Notes: generated by a model not told the origin, from the letters alone. DNA of 64,000 nucleotides from an uncultured delta proteobacterium (GCA_963790475.1 CAWBOS010000010.1:928001-992000); one strand, 5' to 3'; positions 1 through 11,334 are shown, counted from the first letter of the stretch. Program-made: numbers and translations.

Positions 1-566
1 AAGACGCTGAACTGAAATTTCCGGAGGCGGCCGGGACTTTTTCCTGCGCCATTAAGGCCCCAATCACTGAAAAAGATACACCCCGTCTATATATGCTTCT
101 GCGCCGTTCCCTCATGGATGCCGGACTTTCCACTTATAGGGCCAAGAATCAATACAAACGAATTCGTCCTTTCGTTGTATATCAGCAAGCCAGTTGTACC
201 CCTGATGAAGAAAAAAAACTGATGACCGACGGTTCCTATCCTTCGGGTCATTCTTCGCTGGGTTGGGCTTGGGCGCTTATCCTGAGTGAGATCGACCCCG
301 AACATTCCGATGCCATACTGGCCAGGGGCAGGGCATTCTGTGAAAGCCGTGTGGTTTGCGGCGTTCATTGGCAGAGCGATGTGATCGAAGGGCGATTTAT
401 AGGAGCGAGTACCGTCTCCAGGTTACATGCCGATCCAGTCTTCCGGGCAGATATAGAGGCCGCCAAGGCCGAACTGGCAGCCCTCCGTGCTAAAGAGCTG
501 AAACCCATTCGGGATTGTCAGGCGGAAGCCAAGGCCATGGCCCTGCAGCCGCCCATAGCACCATAG
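1..566 (+). CDS. Class A non-specific acid phosphatase (PAP2 family), 5' end outside window
   Basis: Motifs KxxYxRxRP, SYPSGH and SRVVCGVHWQSD; frame is open from the window start. Confidence 0.9.
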   Translation, partial: DAELKFPEAAGTFSCAIKAPITEKDTPRLYMLLRRSLMDAGLSTYRAKNQYKRIRPFVVYQQASCTPDEEKKLMTDGSYPSGHSSLGWAWALILSEIDPEHSDAILARGRAFCESRVVCGVHWQSDVIEGRFIGASTVSRLHADPVFRADIEAAKAELAALRAKELKPIRDCQAEAKAMALQPPIAP

Positions 567-795
567 CACCATAGCCGGCCAACCAAATCTTGGCCGGCGA
601 GCGTTGAAAACTTCCGGTTTAATGCTTTTTCTCTGAAGAATATTAAAGGGGAGAATCAATCTTTGAGGCTTCCAGCCATTGATTGCCGGAAGCCTCAAAC
701 CCGGGGATTCACCAAAGCAGTCGATTAGTAAAACTAGTAAAGACGTGTGAAATTATCGTTTTTTCCTGACTTGGGTCTTTGATTGGATAACCGCT

Positions 796-2984
796 TTAAG
801 CGTCCAGCAGAGCAGCAATCCTTGTTTTTGTTTCTTCGTTCAGAAAACCCCATAACCCTATTTTTTTTAAGGTATCTATCGTGGGGATTCCGGAATCGGT
901 CCAACCCCGTTCCTGATAATAGATCTGAATCAACTTGCGAAGCTGTTTTTTCCTGATGTTCATCAGGATTTCCCGTTTTTCTGAAAGATTCATGGCCGAG
1001 ATCTCCGAGAGGGGTTTCTCCAATATCCTGCTTAGTTCGTTGTCATTATAATCCATTTCTGCGGCATAAATTTGGTCATCGGTCGGTCCTATGGCCCGGT
1101 CGGGTATCCAATCGTGTTCCCCGGTGGTTTTTCCATAGGTCATTACGTTCATGATCCGCTGGAGATTGATATCTCGATCCGTTTGCTCGAAGATCTTTTC
1201 CCAGGTCATGTCCGTTCCCAGCATGCCGTTATAGAATTCGGCATAGATTTCCTGAGAAGCGGGATTGATGTATTTGTCTCCATCCTTTGTCTTTTCCGAT
1301 TCGGGATTGAAAACGTCCACCCAGGGGAGTTTGCACAGACCCAGGTTGTCATTTCCCAGGCGCACCCGGGGATAGGTAATCAAGGCCTTGGCCCTGGCCT
1401 CAAAAGTGGGAAAGGCCCCGAGTAGATCCACCTTGATGAGCCAGGCGGCGGCATGATGGGCCCCGATATCGCTGGCCGCCGCGTAGGAACCCTGCATGGA
1501 CAAAGACCGGTGGGTGCGGTAAAGCGAGAAGGGAAGCCCTTTGGTGTGCATGGCGAAGCGGCCAATTTCTTGTAAAGGAGCCGTCTTTCCGGTTCTCTGG
1601 GCATATTTTTCGGCTATCCAGTTGATTAATTCAATCATTCCCTTGCCGGCGGTTTCTGCCAATTCGTTTTCCTTACGGGCAATTTGATGGATAAAGTTCA
1701 GGGCCGCTTTTTCATCGCCCCAGTTCAGTTTAAATCCGTTGGTATCCTCTTCGGTCAGATATCCCCTTTGAAAGCATTCCATGATTAAGGCCATAATGAC
1801 GGCCACGGTAATGGTATCCATACCGTAGTTGTCGCAGTGCCAGTTGGCTTCCATGATAAATTCGGGATTCCACATGCCGAGGTTGGAACCGAATCCGGCG
1901 GCTGTTTCATATTCCGGTCCATCCACCCAGACCCGCTCTTGGCGTGGACCGGTGGTCAGGGTCACGCAGCCCCCTTTGGTGCATCTCAGGTTACATCCCG
2001 GAAAACATCCATCCATACCCCGATGCTCAAACAATCGCTCGGCATAGGTCGAGCCGCATATCTGCCCGGCCTGCGGGTCTGATCCAAACTGATAATTTTT
2101 TACCGGCAGGGACTGATAGGCCTCTTGATTCATAAAAGAAATCAGACCGGCCGAGCCCTTACGGGACATCTGCAAGGAATTGGGATCGACTTCCTTGACG
2201 ACTTTGTGTAGCCGGGCTCCGGCCTTTTTCACCCTCTCCCAATCATGGGCGCCGTAGGGATTTTCCCCCTGGGGATATTCGGCCAGGATGACGATGGCCC
2301 GGATATGCTTATCCATCATCACCGAACCCAGACCGGTCCTCCCGGCCTGTTTGGTCCTGAAAATCCCTCTGGTCCCGTCAACCGGTTTGGTGGGATCATA
2401 ATAATGGCTGTTGATACACCCATAGGTCGTGTTGGCCGCCCCAATACCGGTGGAAACAAAGACGATATTTTTTTTAGCATAACCTCGGCTCGTAAAATCA
2501 TCGACGATGGATTTTTCCAATTCAAAGACCTGATCAATGAGCAGGTGCCGGAGTCGATGGTGATTTCGTTTTTAAAACCGTCAATGACTATCATGACCTC
2601 TTTCGAGGCCTTCCCGGAAATTTCCAGGGCATCAAATCCGGCGTATTTGAGAAAGGCTCCGAAATGCCCTCCGAAATTGGAAACTCCCGCTATATGGGTG
2701 ATAGGCGATAGCGATATGGCCATACATTTGCTGGTGCCGGGGAACTGAGGAATCCCCCCGAGAGGTCCGGGAGAAAAGATTAAAGGGTTTTCCGGATCAT
2801 AGGCCGATGTTTTTGAGGTTATGCGCCGGTGAAGAAAATATAGCCCCAGTCCCCGGCCGCCTATAAAGAAATCTCTTATTTTCGGATCCAGTTTTTGGAT
2901 ATTGATATCACCGGTGTTTATATCGATGGAAAGTGTCTGATTGGAATATCCGTGATCAAGCTGAGGTTTGGTATAGCGCATCAT
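796..2984 (-). CDS. Aldehyde:ferredoxin oxidoreductase (tungsten AOR family), frameshifted near 2545
   Basis: N-half (2319-2984) has FIGGRGLG, SNFGGHFG and LKYAGFDAL. C-half (796-2520) has AGRTGLGSVM, CFPGCNLRC, GPEYET and CDNYGMDTI. One frame change joins them. Confidence 0.85.
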
Positions 2985-3262
2985 TATTAATAATAAGCTC
3001 CTTTTTTTAAGTTGTTATAATTGGATGGGGCGAGTATAAGATAGAGAGGAAAGGGGAGTCAAGGAGAAAATGGGGAAAAATCAGGGAGAAAAATCAGGCC
3101 GGGTAGGGATGATCTGGAGGGCGCTTGAAGAGAAAAATAATTGTCGATATTAAAGGAAGGCACCGGGTGATTATTCTGCGGCGGAATCGCCGGGGTCCTT
3201 GGACCCTTCCGGATGATTAATAAAGGACCTTGAAGAAAGGTGCCTTCTAAGGGGAATGAAAG

Positions 3263-3616
3263 ATGATCGATAAAAACAGAATAAAGAGAGAATACAAACA
3301 GACTGTACCCCCGATGGGTGTTTATCAAATAAAAAATTTAGTCAATGGGAAAATTCTTGTCGGAAGCAGCAAAAACTTACCCGGAAAAATCAACAGCCAT
3401 CGATTTCAGCTTAAGATGGGCTCCCATAGGAATAGGGCGCTTCAGAAAGACTATACCTCTTTTGGCGAGGAAAATTTTTCTTTCGAGGTCCTGGATCATC
3501 TTGAACCCCAAGAAGATCCTAAATATGATTACTCCATTGAGTTAGAGGTTCTGGAGAAAATGTGGTTGGAAAGACTTCAACCTTATGATGAGCGGGGATA
3601 TCATAGAAAAAAATGA
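3263..3616 (+). CDS. Stand-alone GIY-YIG domain protein
   Basis: MGVYQIKNLVNGKILVGSS...H..QL..G.H.N..LQ.DY pattern. Confidence 0.8.
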   Translation: MIDKNRIKREYKQTVPPMGVYQIKNLVNGKILVGSSKNLPGKINSHRFQLKMGSHRNRALQKDYTSFGEENFSFEVLDHLEPQEDPKYDYSIELEVLEKMWLERLQPYDERGYHRKK

Positions 3617-3681
3617 CCCTCGCCGGGAAATCGGGATGTTGAGTTGAGACGGAATTTTTAAAAAGGCAGCCTTCCGGTACT

Positions 3682-4824
3682 TTAAAGCCCCAAGGGTTTG
3701 AAAAATTCCTGTTCAAAGAGTCGGGAGAATTCTCCCGGGTGAGGAGGGATATAAGTTTCAGCCATTAATCTGATCCTCCGGGCCTGAAGGATAAATCTTT
3801 CCCGTCCTTTTATTCTGGCTTGTTCAATCCCGGCCCAATCTTTACCAATTTTGAATTTTCTGATCGCTGAGACAATTTCCGGATAAAGCGACCGGCGAAG
3901 GCCTTTTAAATTGGAAAGATAGAAACCCAGAGAGCCTGTTTTTTTCTCTCGGATGATAAATTTCAGGGTTCCTCCGGAATGAGTATCGGCCAGAAGGTCC
4001 TTCAGGGTCCGCAAATATAACTCGATTCGGCTGAGGGGAAAATGGGCCAGTAATGATCGCCACAAGCCTTGAGGAAAGGATCGGTCTCTGGCTTCTCCCA
4101 ATTCGTGGAATAAAATGGTTTCCAATTCGGACTGGACTATCGATTCCATTTGTCTATCCGGAGGAAGAGATGGATTCCAGCCGTAATAGCCAAGGGCCAT
4201 GTCCGTTCCCTCCCTCTCCAATTGTTCCAATTCCTGAATCTTGGACCACAGGAAAAAACGTAAAGGGTCCAGACGAATAACGATGGTCTTTCCTCGCTTC
4301 AGAGCCGGGGCCGGGGATAGGTCACAGGCCAAGTCCCGGTCCAGTATGATAATGGTAAAGCCATCAAGCAGGCGTTTTTCCTTGACCGTTCCCAGGAAGA
4401 AAGTGGGTTTCAAGCCCCGGCCGTAACCCGACCCGTAATAGAGCCCGGCCGGCATCAGATATTGATTAACGATTTTATTATTCAGATAATTAACGGTATG
4501 TCCGTTTACCCTGATCGGTTCATAAGGGGAGTCGAGGCAATTGAGCCACAGGGTTTCCTGGCCATCGATCCAATTTAAGAGTTGAACTTTGTCGGTGGGA
4601 TTCCAGGGGGGATTTTTTTGTTCCCAGTTGTATTGGTCTTTCAAACGAAGGAAAAGTCCGCATACAGAAAAAAGACCGCTGTGATGGGCGTTGGATATGT
4701 CGCAATTTTTACGAATAGCCGGCAGGATTTCTTTGAGGATCTTGTCCCTGCCGTTCGAAAGGTCAAATTTTTGTTCCAGGTCGGGCATAAGGCCTTCAAT
4801 AAAATCCTTGACGTTTGCTGCCAT
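3682..4824 (-). CDS. Sfum_1244-family protein of unknown function
   Basis: RKNCDISNAHH..FSVCGLFLRLKDQYNWE, YGSGYGRGLKPTFFLG, ILFHELGE and KDLLADT motifs. Confidence 0.7.
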   Translation of the reverse strand: MAANVKDFIEGLMPDLEQKFDLSNGRDKILKEILPAIRKNCDISNAHHSGLFSVCGLFLRLKDQYNWEQKNPPWNPTDKVQLLNWIDGQETLWLNCLDSPYEPIRVNGHTVNYLNNKIVNQYLMPAGLYYGSGYGRGLKPTFFLGTVKEKRLLDGFTIIILDRDLACDLSPAPALKRGKTIVIRLDPLRFFLWSKIQELEQLEREGTDMALGYYGWNPSLPPDRQMESIVQSELETILFHELGEARDRSFPQGLWRSLLAHFPLSRIELYLRTLKDLLADTHSGGTLKFIIREKKTGSLGFYLSNLKGLRRSLYPEIVSAIRKFKIGKDWAGIEQARIKGRERFILQARRIRLMAETYIPPHPGEFSRLFEQEFFKPLGL

Positions 4825-4883
4825 ATCTTAGTAATTTTAATTCCGATCTGCAAGCAAGAAATTCGTATGGGAAAGAAGGCTTG

Positions 4884-5831
4884 ATGAAAAAAGGAATCTA
4901 TTTTCTTGCCGGGGTGTTTTTTTTATGTTCTGGAATATTCACCCCTTTTTCCCTCCAAGCCAGGGAACCGGGAAGGTCCCTACAAGTGGTCTGCACGATC
5001 CTCCCGGTATATATTCTGACCCTTAACGTGGTCGGTCAGATCCCGGGTGTTCAGGTGAAACTGCTCTTACCTCCCCAACAAGGTTGTCCCCATGATTACG
5101 ATTTGACCCCGAGCGATTTGATTAAATTATCACAGGCCGATCTTATCGTGGCCAACGGATTAGGGATGGAGGAATTCTTGGGGAAAATTTTAAAACAACC
5201 CAACCTTCAGACTCGGGTCATTTTGGCGGCCGAGAAGGTGGAGCCAATCCATAATCAACAGATACCGAAGCCTTTACATTTTAAAGAAAAAAAGGGCGAA
5301 GCGGAGCACCACCATGAGGGGTCTGTTAACGGACATGCCTGGGTCAGTCCGAAAGCGGCCGCATTGATGACCCGGACGATTGCCCAGGGGTTGGCCCTGC
5401 AAGATCCCTCTCATGCCCGGGAATTTCGTTTCAATGCGGAACAGTATTCAAAAAAACTGGAAGCCCTGGCCCAGGAAATGACCGATTGGGTTTCCCGGGC
5501 CCGGAATAAGAACTGCCTTGCCTTTCATGATATTTTGGCCTATCTGGCCCGTGATATCGGACTAAATCTCATCGGGGTTATTGAATCCTATCCAGGTCTG
5601 GAACCTTCTCCGAAGGATATGGTCAGACTGATCAAAATACTCAGAGAGCAACGAGTCGCGGCTATCTTTTCAGAACCCCAGTATTCTGATAAAGTGGTCA
5701 AGGTGCTTTCCCGGGAATCCGGGGTTCCATTTTTTGAGCTGGATCCGGTGGCTACCGGGAAGCCGGCGGCCGATACTTATGAAAAGAGCATGAGGAAAAA
5801 TTTTGAAGTCTTGAAAAAGGCCCTGAAATGA
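4884..5831 (+). CDS. znuA: Zn/Mn ABC transporter substrate-binding protein
   Basis: Signal peptide, CPHDYDLTP, NGLGME, His-rich loop, HAWVSP; start moved to ATG 4884. Confidence 0.85.
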   Translation: MKKGIYFLAGVFFLCSGIFTPFSLQAREPGRSLQVVCTILPVYILTLNVVGQIPGVQVKLLLPPQQGCPHDYDLTPSDLIKLSQADLIVANGLGMEEFLGKILKQPNLQTRVILAAEKVEPIHNQQIPKPLHFKEKKGEAEHHHEGSVNGHAWVSPKAAALMTRTIAQGLALQDPSHAREFRFNAEQYSKKLEALAQEMTDWVSRARNKNCLAFHDILAYLARDIGLNLIGVIESYPGLEPSPKDMVRLIKILREQRVAAIFSEPQYSDKVVKVLSRESGVPFFELDPVATGKPAADTYEKSMRKNFEVLKKALK

Positions 5832-5964
5832 CCACTAACCAGGAATTAAACCTCGGGAATTTAGAGGCCAAAAAAAGGAATCCTCTTTTCTTTCGGGTTC
5901 TGTATTCTGACCCCTTACTCCTAGTCCTTTGGTCTAAAAGGACTGAATAGGCCTAGCTGTTATT

Positions 5965-6744
5965 ATGAGCCAGGATCACCCACCTTCTCCCGACACCGCC
6001 ATTGAAATCAGAAATTTAGGGGTTTGTCTGCGTAAGATCGATATCCTAACCGAGGTTAATTGCTCCATCCCTGTCCGCAGAACGACAGCCGTTATCGGGC
6101 CTAATGGGGCGGGAAAGACCACTCTGCTTTTGGCTATTCTCGGATTGGTTCCTTATACCGGGAGCATTGATTTTAATTTATTTAAGAAAGGCCGTCCTTC
6201 CATAGGCTATGTACCGCAGCGTTTAGAATTTGACCGGGGCCTGCCTTGCACCGTTGAAGATCTGATGGCTACTTCGATCTGCCGAAAGGCCCTCTGGTTG
6301 GGGAAAAAACAAAAGATCAAAGACCAGGTGCACATCGGACTGGAAAGGGTAGGGGCCGAGGGGTTAAAAAATAGGTTTATAGGCAAACTCTCCGGCGGGG
6401 AATTACAGAGGGTCCTGTTGGCTATGGCCATGGAGGGGAACCCGTCCATCTTGCTTTTAGATGAGCCGACGGCCGGAATTGACGCCCCGGGAGAACAACT
6501 GTTTTGTGATCTCCTGGCCGACATCCAGACTCAAGCCGACTTGACCGTAATCTTGATCTCCCATGACCTTTCCGTGGTCTCCAATCATGCCCAACATGTG
6601 ATCTGTTTAAATAAGACGGTCCGTTGTTCCGGAGGCCTGAACACCCTGACCGAAGAGAACCTGCTGAAGACTTTTGGACTGCATGTTCAAATATATCCTC
6701 ACAGTCACGGCCCCCATCAATCTCAAAATATTTTGAATCCCTGA
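5965..6744 (+). CDS. znuC: Metal ABC transporter ATP-binding protein
   Basis: GPNGAGKTT, IGYVPQ, LSGGELQRV, LLDEPT. Confidence 0.85.
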   Translation: MSQDHPPSPDTAIEIRNLGVCLRKIDILTEVNCSIPVRRTTAVIGPNGAGKTTLLLAILGLVPYTGSIDFNLFKKGRPSIGYVPQRLEFDRGLPCTVEDLMATSICRKALWLGKKQKIKDQVHIGLERVGAEGLKNRFIGKLSGGELQRVLLAMAMEGNPSILLLDEPTAGIDAPGEQLFCDLLADIQTQADLTVILISHDLSVVSNHAQHVICLNKTVRCSGGLNTLTEENLLKTFGLHVQIYPHSHGPHQSQNILNP

Positions 6745-6747
6745 ATT

Positions 6748-7596
6748 ATGGAACCCTTTTTTCAATCGCTCTATTCTTTTCTGCAGACCGCAATCCCCTT
6801 TGAATGGGCTCAATTCGATTTTGTCTGGCGGGCAATCGGGGCCATGTTGATCATAGCTCCTTTGTGCGCTGTCTTGGGAGTTCATGTCGTCAATTTTCGT
6901 ATGGCTTTTTTTTCCGATGCCATCAGCCATTCCACTTTTGCCGGCGTGGCCTTGGGGGTCCTCTTAGGAGTAAATCCTTCTATTACCTTAATCGGTTTTG
7001 GGATACTGGCCGGACTAAGCATCACCCTGTTCAAGGGACGATCAGACTTATCGTCAGACACAGTGATCAGCGTCATTCTTTCGGCTACGGTTGCCTTAGG
7101 GATTACCGTGCTCTACGCCCAGAAGGAAACCCGCAATCTGGAGACCTATCTCTACGGAACCGTTTTGACCATCAGCGATTGGGAATTATTTCTTTTGCTG
7201 ATGATCGGGATCCTGGTTTTTATCATTATGGGTTTTTTATTCAATCATTTGTTTTTAATAAGCCTTAATCCCCACCTGGCCGCCTCCCGTGGGATTCCGG
7301 TAACGGTGTTAGAATACGGCTTTGCCCTGATTCTGGCCGTCGTGGTTACTTTCAGTATTCGGGCCATAGGACTTTTTTTGGTCACGGCTATGCTGGTCGT
7401 GCCGGCGGCAACAGCCAGAAACCTGGCCGCTGGTATGTCCAGCTTATTCTGGTTGGCCCTGATTTGTGCCCTGACCTCCGGTATTGCCGGCATCCTGTTC
7501 TCTTTTTATTGGGATACACCAGCCGGAGCCAGTGCCATTTTGGTCGGTTGCCTTTTATTTCTTATATCCTGGCTCAAGGTGCGCTGGTTTCAATAA
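6748..7596 (+). CDS. znuB: Metal ABC transporter permease
   Basis: MAFFSDAISH, YLYG, multiple TM segments, operon context. Confidence 0.85.
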   Translation: MEPFFQSLYSFLQTAIPFEWAQFDFVWRAIGAMLIIAPLCAVLGVHVVNFRMAFFSDAISHSTFAGVALGVLLGVNPSITLIGFGILAGLSITLFKGRSDLSSDTVISVILSATVALGITVLYAQKETRNLETYLYGTVLTISDWELFLLLMIGILVFIIMGFLFNHLFLISLNPHLAASRGIPVTVLEYGFALILAVVVTFSIRAIGLFLVTAMLVVPAATARNLAAGMSSLFWLALICALTSGIAGILFSFYWDTPAGASAILVGCLLFLISWLKVRWFQ

Positions 7597-7610
7597 AGAC
7601 TTTTTTTCAT

Positions 7611-7639
7611 TTGACAAGAAAAAGCATTTCGAGTATTTT
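7611..7639 (+). promoter_or_regulatory. Sigma70 promoter of the tRNA pair
   Basis: TTGACA (7611)-N17-TATTTT (7634), ~10 nt before tRNA-Gly. Confidence 0.7.
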
Positions 7640-7649
7640 TAAAGATTGA

Positions 7650-7724
<75 letters not shown>

Positions 7725-7747
7725 AAAAACAGGATTCCCATCTGAAA

Positions 7748-7823
7748 GGCGGCATAGCCAAGTGGCTAAGGCAGCGGTCTGCAAAACCGTTATTCACCGG
7801 TTCGAGTCCGGTTGCCGCCTCCA
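7748..7823 (+). tRNA. tRNA-Cys(GCA)
   Basis: GGCGGCA/TGCCGCC acceptor stem, anticodon GCA, GGTTCGAGTCC, 3' CCA. Confidence 0.97.
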
Positions 7824-7856
7824 TTTTTTGATCCGGCTCCAGCCTTCCTTCAATAC

Positions 7857-8702
7857 ATGAAATCTATTAGAGCCCTGACATTAATTATCCTTTTTTTATT
7901 ATTTTCTTCCTCATTGGGGGGACAAGAAAAGCCTAATCAAGCGCCTGTCCTTTGGCAAACCCTTTCTCCGGGCCTTTCCTTTTTTCGTTGGGAAGTTCGC
8001 TCTGCCAATAATTCGATTGATAATACTCTCGTTGTCCTCCGTATTGACCCCGAGCTTTGGTCATTTCGGGTTTTTTTTGACCGAGAGCCTAAAACGGTCA
8101 AGGAATGGCAACAGAGTACCCGGGCCACCGTAACCTGCAACGGCGGATACTATCGGGAAAATTTTCAACCGGCCGGAAGGATTTTAGTGAATGGAACGTC
8201 CCTGGGTCCAAACAAAAACCGGCATATGAAAGGAATGTTTCTCTCCGAACCCAAGAAGGGGTTTGAACATCTCCCTAAAGCGACCTTGATTGATTTGAAG
8301 GACATTAACAGCGAGGAAAGAATTTCCTCCTACGAGCAGGGGATTCAATCCTTTCCGATCCTTTTGGATCCCGCAGGGCAGGTTCGAGTTAATCCGAGTA
8401 ATTTCCAGGCCAATAGAACGGTCCTGGCCCAGGATCATTCCGGGAATATTTATATTTTGATAACGGAGAAGCCTTCTTTTACTCTTTATGATTTTGGTAA
8501 TTATTTAAAAGGGTTGCCGTTTAGATTCCAATTCATTTTAAATCTGGATGGAGGATTGCGTACCCAATTAATGATTCAGGCCAAAGGGTTTAAATATCTT
8601 TTCCCCGGTCAGGGGGAAGGAAGAGGGAACCCCCTCCTGTTTTTCCCGGAGCCGGTTAAACTCCCTTCGGTGATCGGCCTTTTTCCGCGAGGTCCTCATT
8701 GA
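7857..8702 (+). CDS. Phosphodiester glycosidase (NAGPA/DUF2233-like) secreted protein
   Basis: Signal peptide, NGGYY, RTVLA and LNLDGG motifs; start placed after the tRNA. Confidence 0.75.
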   Translation: MKSIRALTLIILFLLFSSSLGGQEKPNQAPVLWQTLSPGLSFFRWEVRSANNSIDNTLVVLRIDPELWSFRVFFDREPKTVKEWQQSTRATVTCNGGYYRENFQPAGRILVNGTSLGPNKNRHMKGMFLSEPKKGFEHLPKATLIDLKDINSEERISSYEQGIQSFPILLDPAGQVRVNPSNFQANRTVLAQDHSGNIYILITEKPSFTLYDFGNYLKGLPFRFQFILNLDGGLRTQLMIQAKGFKYLFPGQGEGRGNPLLFFPEPVKLPSVIGLFPRGPH

Positions 8703-9346
8703 ACCAGGTGTTTATTATCGGATTCGGAAAGTTCGGGAAATTGGCGCTGACCCAGGGGGCTCGTTTGTGGGAAAAGGCGCGGGTCTGGATTATTGATTCC
8801 CGGCCGGAAGCTTTAATCAAACCGGACCCCGAACCTTTTTCGGCGATACGGGTTTTGGCCGACGGCCCTCAATTTTTAACCCAGTATCAAGGATGGATTG
8901 GGGATGAAGATTGGATCATCCCCGCCCTGCCGGTTCACCTGGCCTGGAACTGGCTGGGGCTAAATATAAAATTTCCGAAAGACGCTCGAACCATAATACC
9001 GCCAAAAAGTTTTGGTCGGGGTTTGCCTTTTCATCAAGTCAGCACCCAAGCCCTTTTCCTGAGTTATGCCGACTTTTTGTGTCCCGAAAACTGTCCCGCC
9101 CCACTCCACAGCTGTTTTAAGACCAAAGAAAAAAGGGCTGTTCCCCTCTGGAAATTGATAGCCAATAGACGGTGTCCGACCGGCACCCTGAAGGTGATTG
9201 AAAGTCGGCAAATTGCACCTGGAGTCGGGGGGTATGCTTTTAGGGAGTTAAGAAAAATCCGGGACCTGGCCCTGAAGGCTGATCCTCCTTTTTTTGTGGG
9301 TACGGCCTGCCGTTGTCACGGGGTGGTTAATGGGGTGACCTGGTAG
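8699..9346 (+). CDS. Hypothetical protein with NAD-binding (TrkA-N-like) N-terminus and Cys motifs
   Basis: IIGFGKFG; CPENCP and TACRCHG; TTG start overlaps the upstream stop. Confidence 0.6.
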   Translation: MNQVFIIGFGKFGKLALTQGARLWEKARVWIIDSRPEALIKPDPEPFSAIRVLADGPQFLTQYQGWIGDEDWIIPALPVHLAWNWLGLNIKFPKDARTIIPPKSFGRGLPFHQVSTQALFLSYADFLCPENCPAPLHSCFKTKEKRAVPLWKLIANRRCPTGTLKVIESRQIAPGVGGYAFRELRKIRDLALKADPPFFVGTACRCHGVVNGVTW

Positions 9347-9530
9347 AACAGGGGTTAAGTGCGGGCATCAGAAGTCAGTACTTTCTTAAATAAAATGTAT
9401 GAAGACGCAGGATAAGATTGCCGGTTTTTCTTGACTTACCGCAAGGAGAATGATAATCGATTATTATTAATAATTTCGTTTTTTTAAAGGGCCTTCGAAT
9501 TTGTTACGAGAGACAGAAAGGAGCAGAACG

Positions 9531-10019
9531 ATGGTATCTAATAAGGGTTTAAAGGTATGGGGATGGACTATAGTCTGTATTGGTTTATTGGGGTTCATGC
9601 TGGGTTGTGGGAGTGTCCTGCAGGAACAAAAAAAGGAATCTTCTACCGGAATGACAACTCCCCCGTCCCAAGGCGCCAAAAAACTGGATCGACCTGATGC
9701 CAGATATTACGATTTTGAAGATATCCAGATCCCCAACGAACTCAAGTTGGATACCAAAAATTCGCGAGTTTTTCAATCTCCCAACCTGATGGCCGGGGTC
9801 CTGGTTTTTGATGGTTATGTGGAAGTGAAATCCTTGACCAATTTTTTTAAAGACGCCATGGCCAAGGACAACTGGCAGGCCAAAGGTAGTTTTAAATTAC
9901 CCCCTAAGACGGTTTTGCTGTTTGAAAAAAAGAACAAAAGGAGTGTCTTTTTTATTGAAGAAACCATGTTCAATACCCACGTTGAAATTTGGATGATCCC
10001 AACCCAGGAGGGAGTGTAG
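9531..10019 (+). CDS. Putative lipoprotein
   Basis: SD AAGGAG, hydrophobic leader with lipobox MLGC, YYDFEDIQIP. Confidence 0.65.
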   Translation: MVSNKGLKVWGWTIVCIGLLGFMLGCGSVLQEQKKESSTGMTTPPSQGAKKLDRPDARYYDFEDIQIPNELKLDTKNSRVFQSPNLMAGVLVFDGYVEVKSLTNFFKDAMAKDNWQAKGSFKLPPKTVLLFEKKNKRSVFFIEETMFNTHVEIWMIPTQEGV

Positions 10020-10113
10020 AAGGAACAGCAAACCTCGAAAATGTAACAGATGCGATTGACTTGAGGCCAATGCTAAAGTTAAGGCTGAAAATGATAGGAA
10101 AGAATAAGACCCT

Positions 10114-11334
10114 ATGAGTCCTCTGCTTAAAGACCGGCATATCGTTTTGGGGATCAGCGGCGGGATAGCCGCTTATAAGGCCGTTGAACTGTTGCGCCGT
10201 CTTTCGGATGAAGAAGCCCAGGTGGCGGTGGTCATGACTCGAAACGCCCAACGGTTCATCACCCCTTTGACTTTTCAGGCCTTGACTCCTTATGGGGTCT
10301 ACTGCGATCTTTTCGATTCTTATCGTCCCGGGGCCATGGATCACATCCAATTGGCCGGATGGGCGGACCTGATCGTTCTGGCTCCAGCCACAGCCAACTT
10401 GATCGCCAAAGCAACTCACGGCCTGGCGGATGATCTGCTTTCCACCTTCCTTTTGGCTTGTCCGGCCCCCAAGTTATTTTGTCCGGCCATGAATGTTCGG
10501 ATGTTCGAAAACCCGGTTGTCCAGGCCAATTTAAGTTCACTAAAAAAATATGGGAATCGAGTTTTGGAACCTTCCTCTGGTCCTTTGGCTTGCGGACAGA
10601 CCGGGCCGGGACGTTTGCCGGACCCGGAGACTATCATCGAAGAGGTCCTCGGACTGCTCTCTCCTCAAGATCTGAAAGGGGAAAAGGTTTTAATCACCGC
10701 CGGTTGTACCTGGGAAGCTATTGATCCGGTTCGATTCATTGCCAACCCTTCCACCGGCAAGATGGGGTTTTCTTTGGCCCGGATGGCGCGCAGGCGGGGT
10801 GCCCAGGTTACCTTGATTACCGGCCCTACCCACCTGGAATCGGTGCCCGGTGTTTCTACCATCCGGGTAACCTCGGCCCTGGAAATGGAAAAAAAGGTTT
10901 GGAAGGCTTTCCCCCAAGCCACCATAGTAATCAAGGCAGCGGCCGTTTCCGATTATCGCCCTCAGACAGTTGTCCCCCATAAGATCAAAAAGAAGGGGCA
11001 AACCCAACTCCATTTGACCTTAATCCAAAACCCGGATATCCTTCGCCGGTTGGGAAGAAATAAAAAAAATCAATTTCTGGTAGGTTTTGCCGCCGAAACT
11101 GACGATCTCATTAATAATGCCCTTCAAAAGTTGAAAGAAAAAAACCTGGATATGATCGTGGCCAACCCCATCGGAAAGCCGGATGCCGGTTTTGGCTGGG
11201 ATACGAATCAGGTCCTTTTACTTTTTCCCGATGGAAAAACCAAGTCATTGCCGGTGATGCTCAAGGATGAAGTGGCCGGGCTCATTTTCGACAATATTCT
11301 CCATCACCAAAAAAAGAAACCCGGAAAATCGTAA
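10114..11334 (+). CDS. coaBC: Phosphopantothenoylcysteine decarboxylase/ligase
   Basis: GGIAAYKA, PATAN, PAMN, DPVRFIAN.STGKMG, AAVSDY, VGFAAET. Confidence 0.97.
   Translation: MSPLLKDRHIVLGISGGIAAYKAVELLRRLSDEEAQVAVVMTRNAQRFITPLTFQALTPYGVYCDLFDSYRPGAMDHIQLAGWADLIVLAPATANLIAKATHGLADDLLSTFLLACPAPKLFCPAMNVRMFENPVVQANLSSLKKYGNRVLEPSSGPLACGQTGPGRLPDPETIIEEVLGLLSPQDLKGEKVLITAGCTWEAIDPVRFIANPSTGKMGFSLARMARRRGAQVTLITGPTHLESVPGVSTIRVTSALEMEKKVWKAFPQATIVIKAAAVSDYRPQTVVPHKIKKKGQTQLHLTLIQNPDILRRLGRNKKNQFLVGFAAETDDLINNALQKLKEKNLDMIVANPIGKPDAGFGWDTNQVLLLFPDGKTKSLPVMLKDEVAGLIFDNILHHQKKKPGKS

Noticed and set aside
3263-3616. GIY-YIG ORF as a homing endonuclease or intron
   Set aside because: Free-standing, short, no DNA-binding tail and no interrupted host gene
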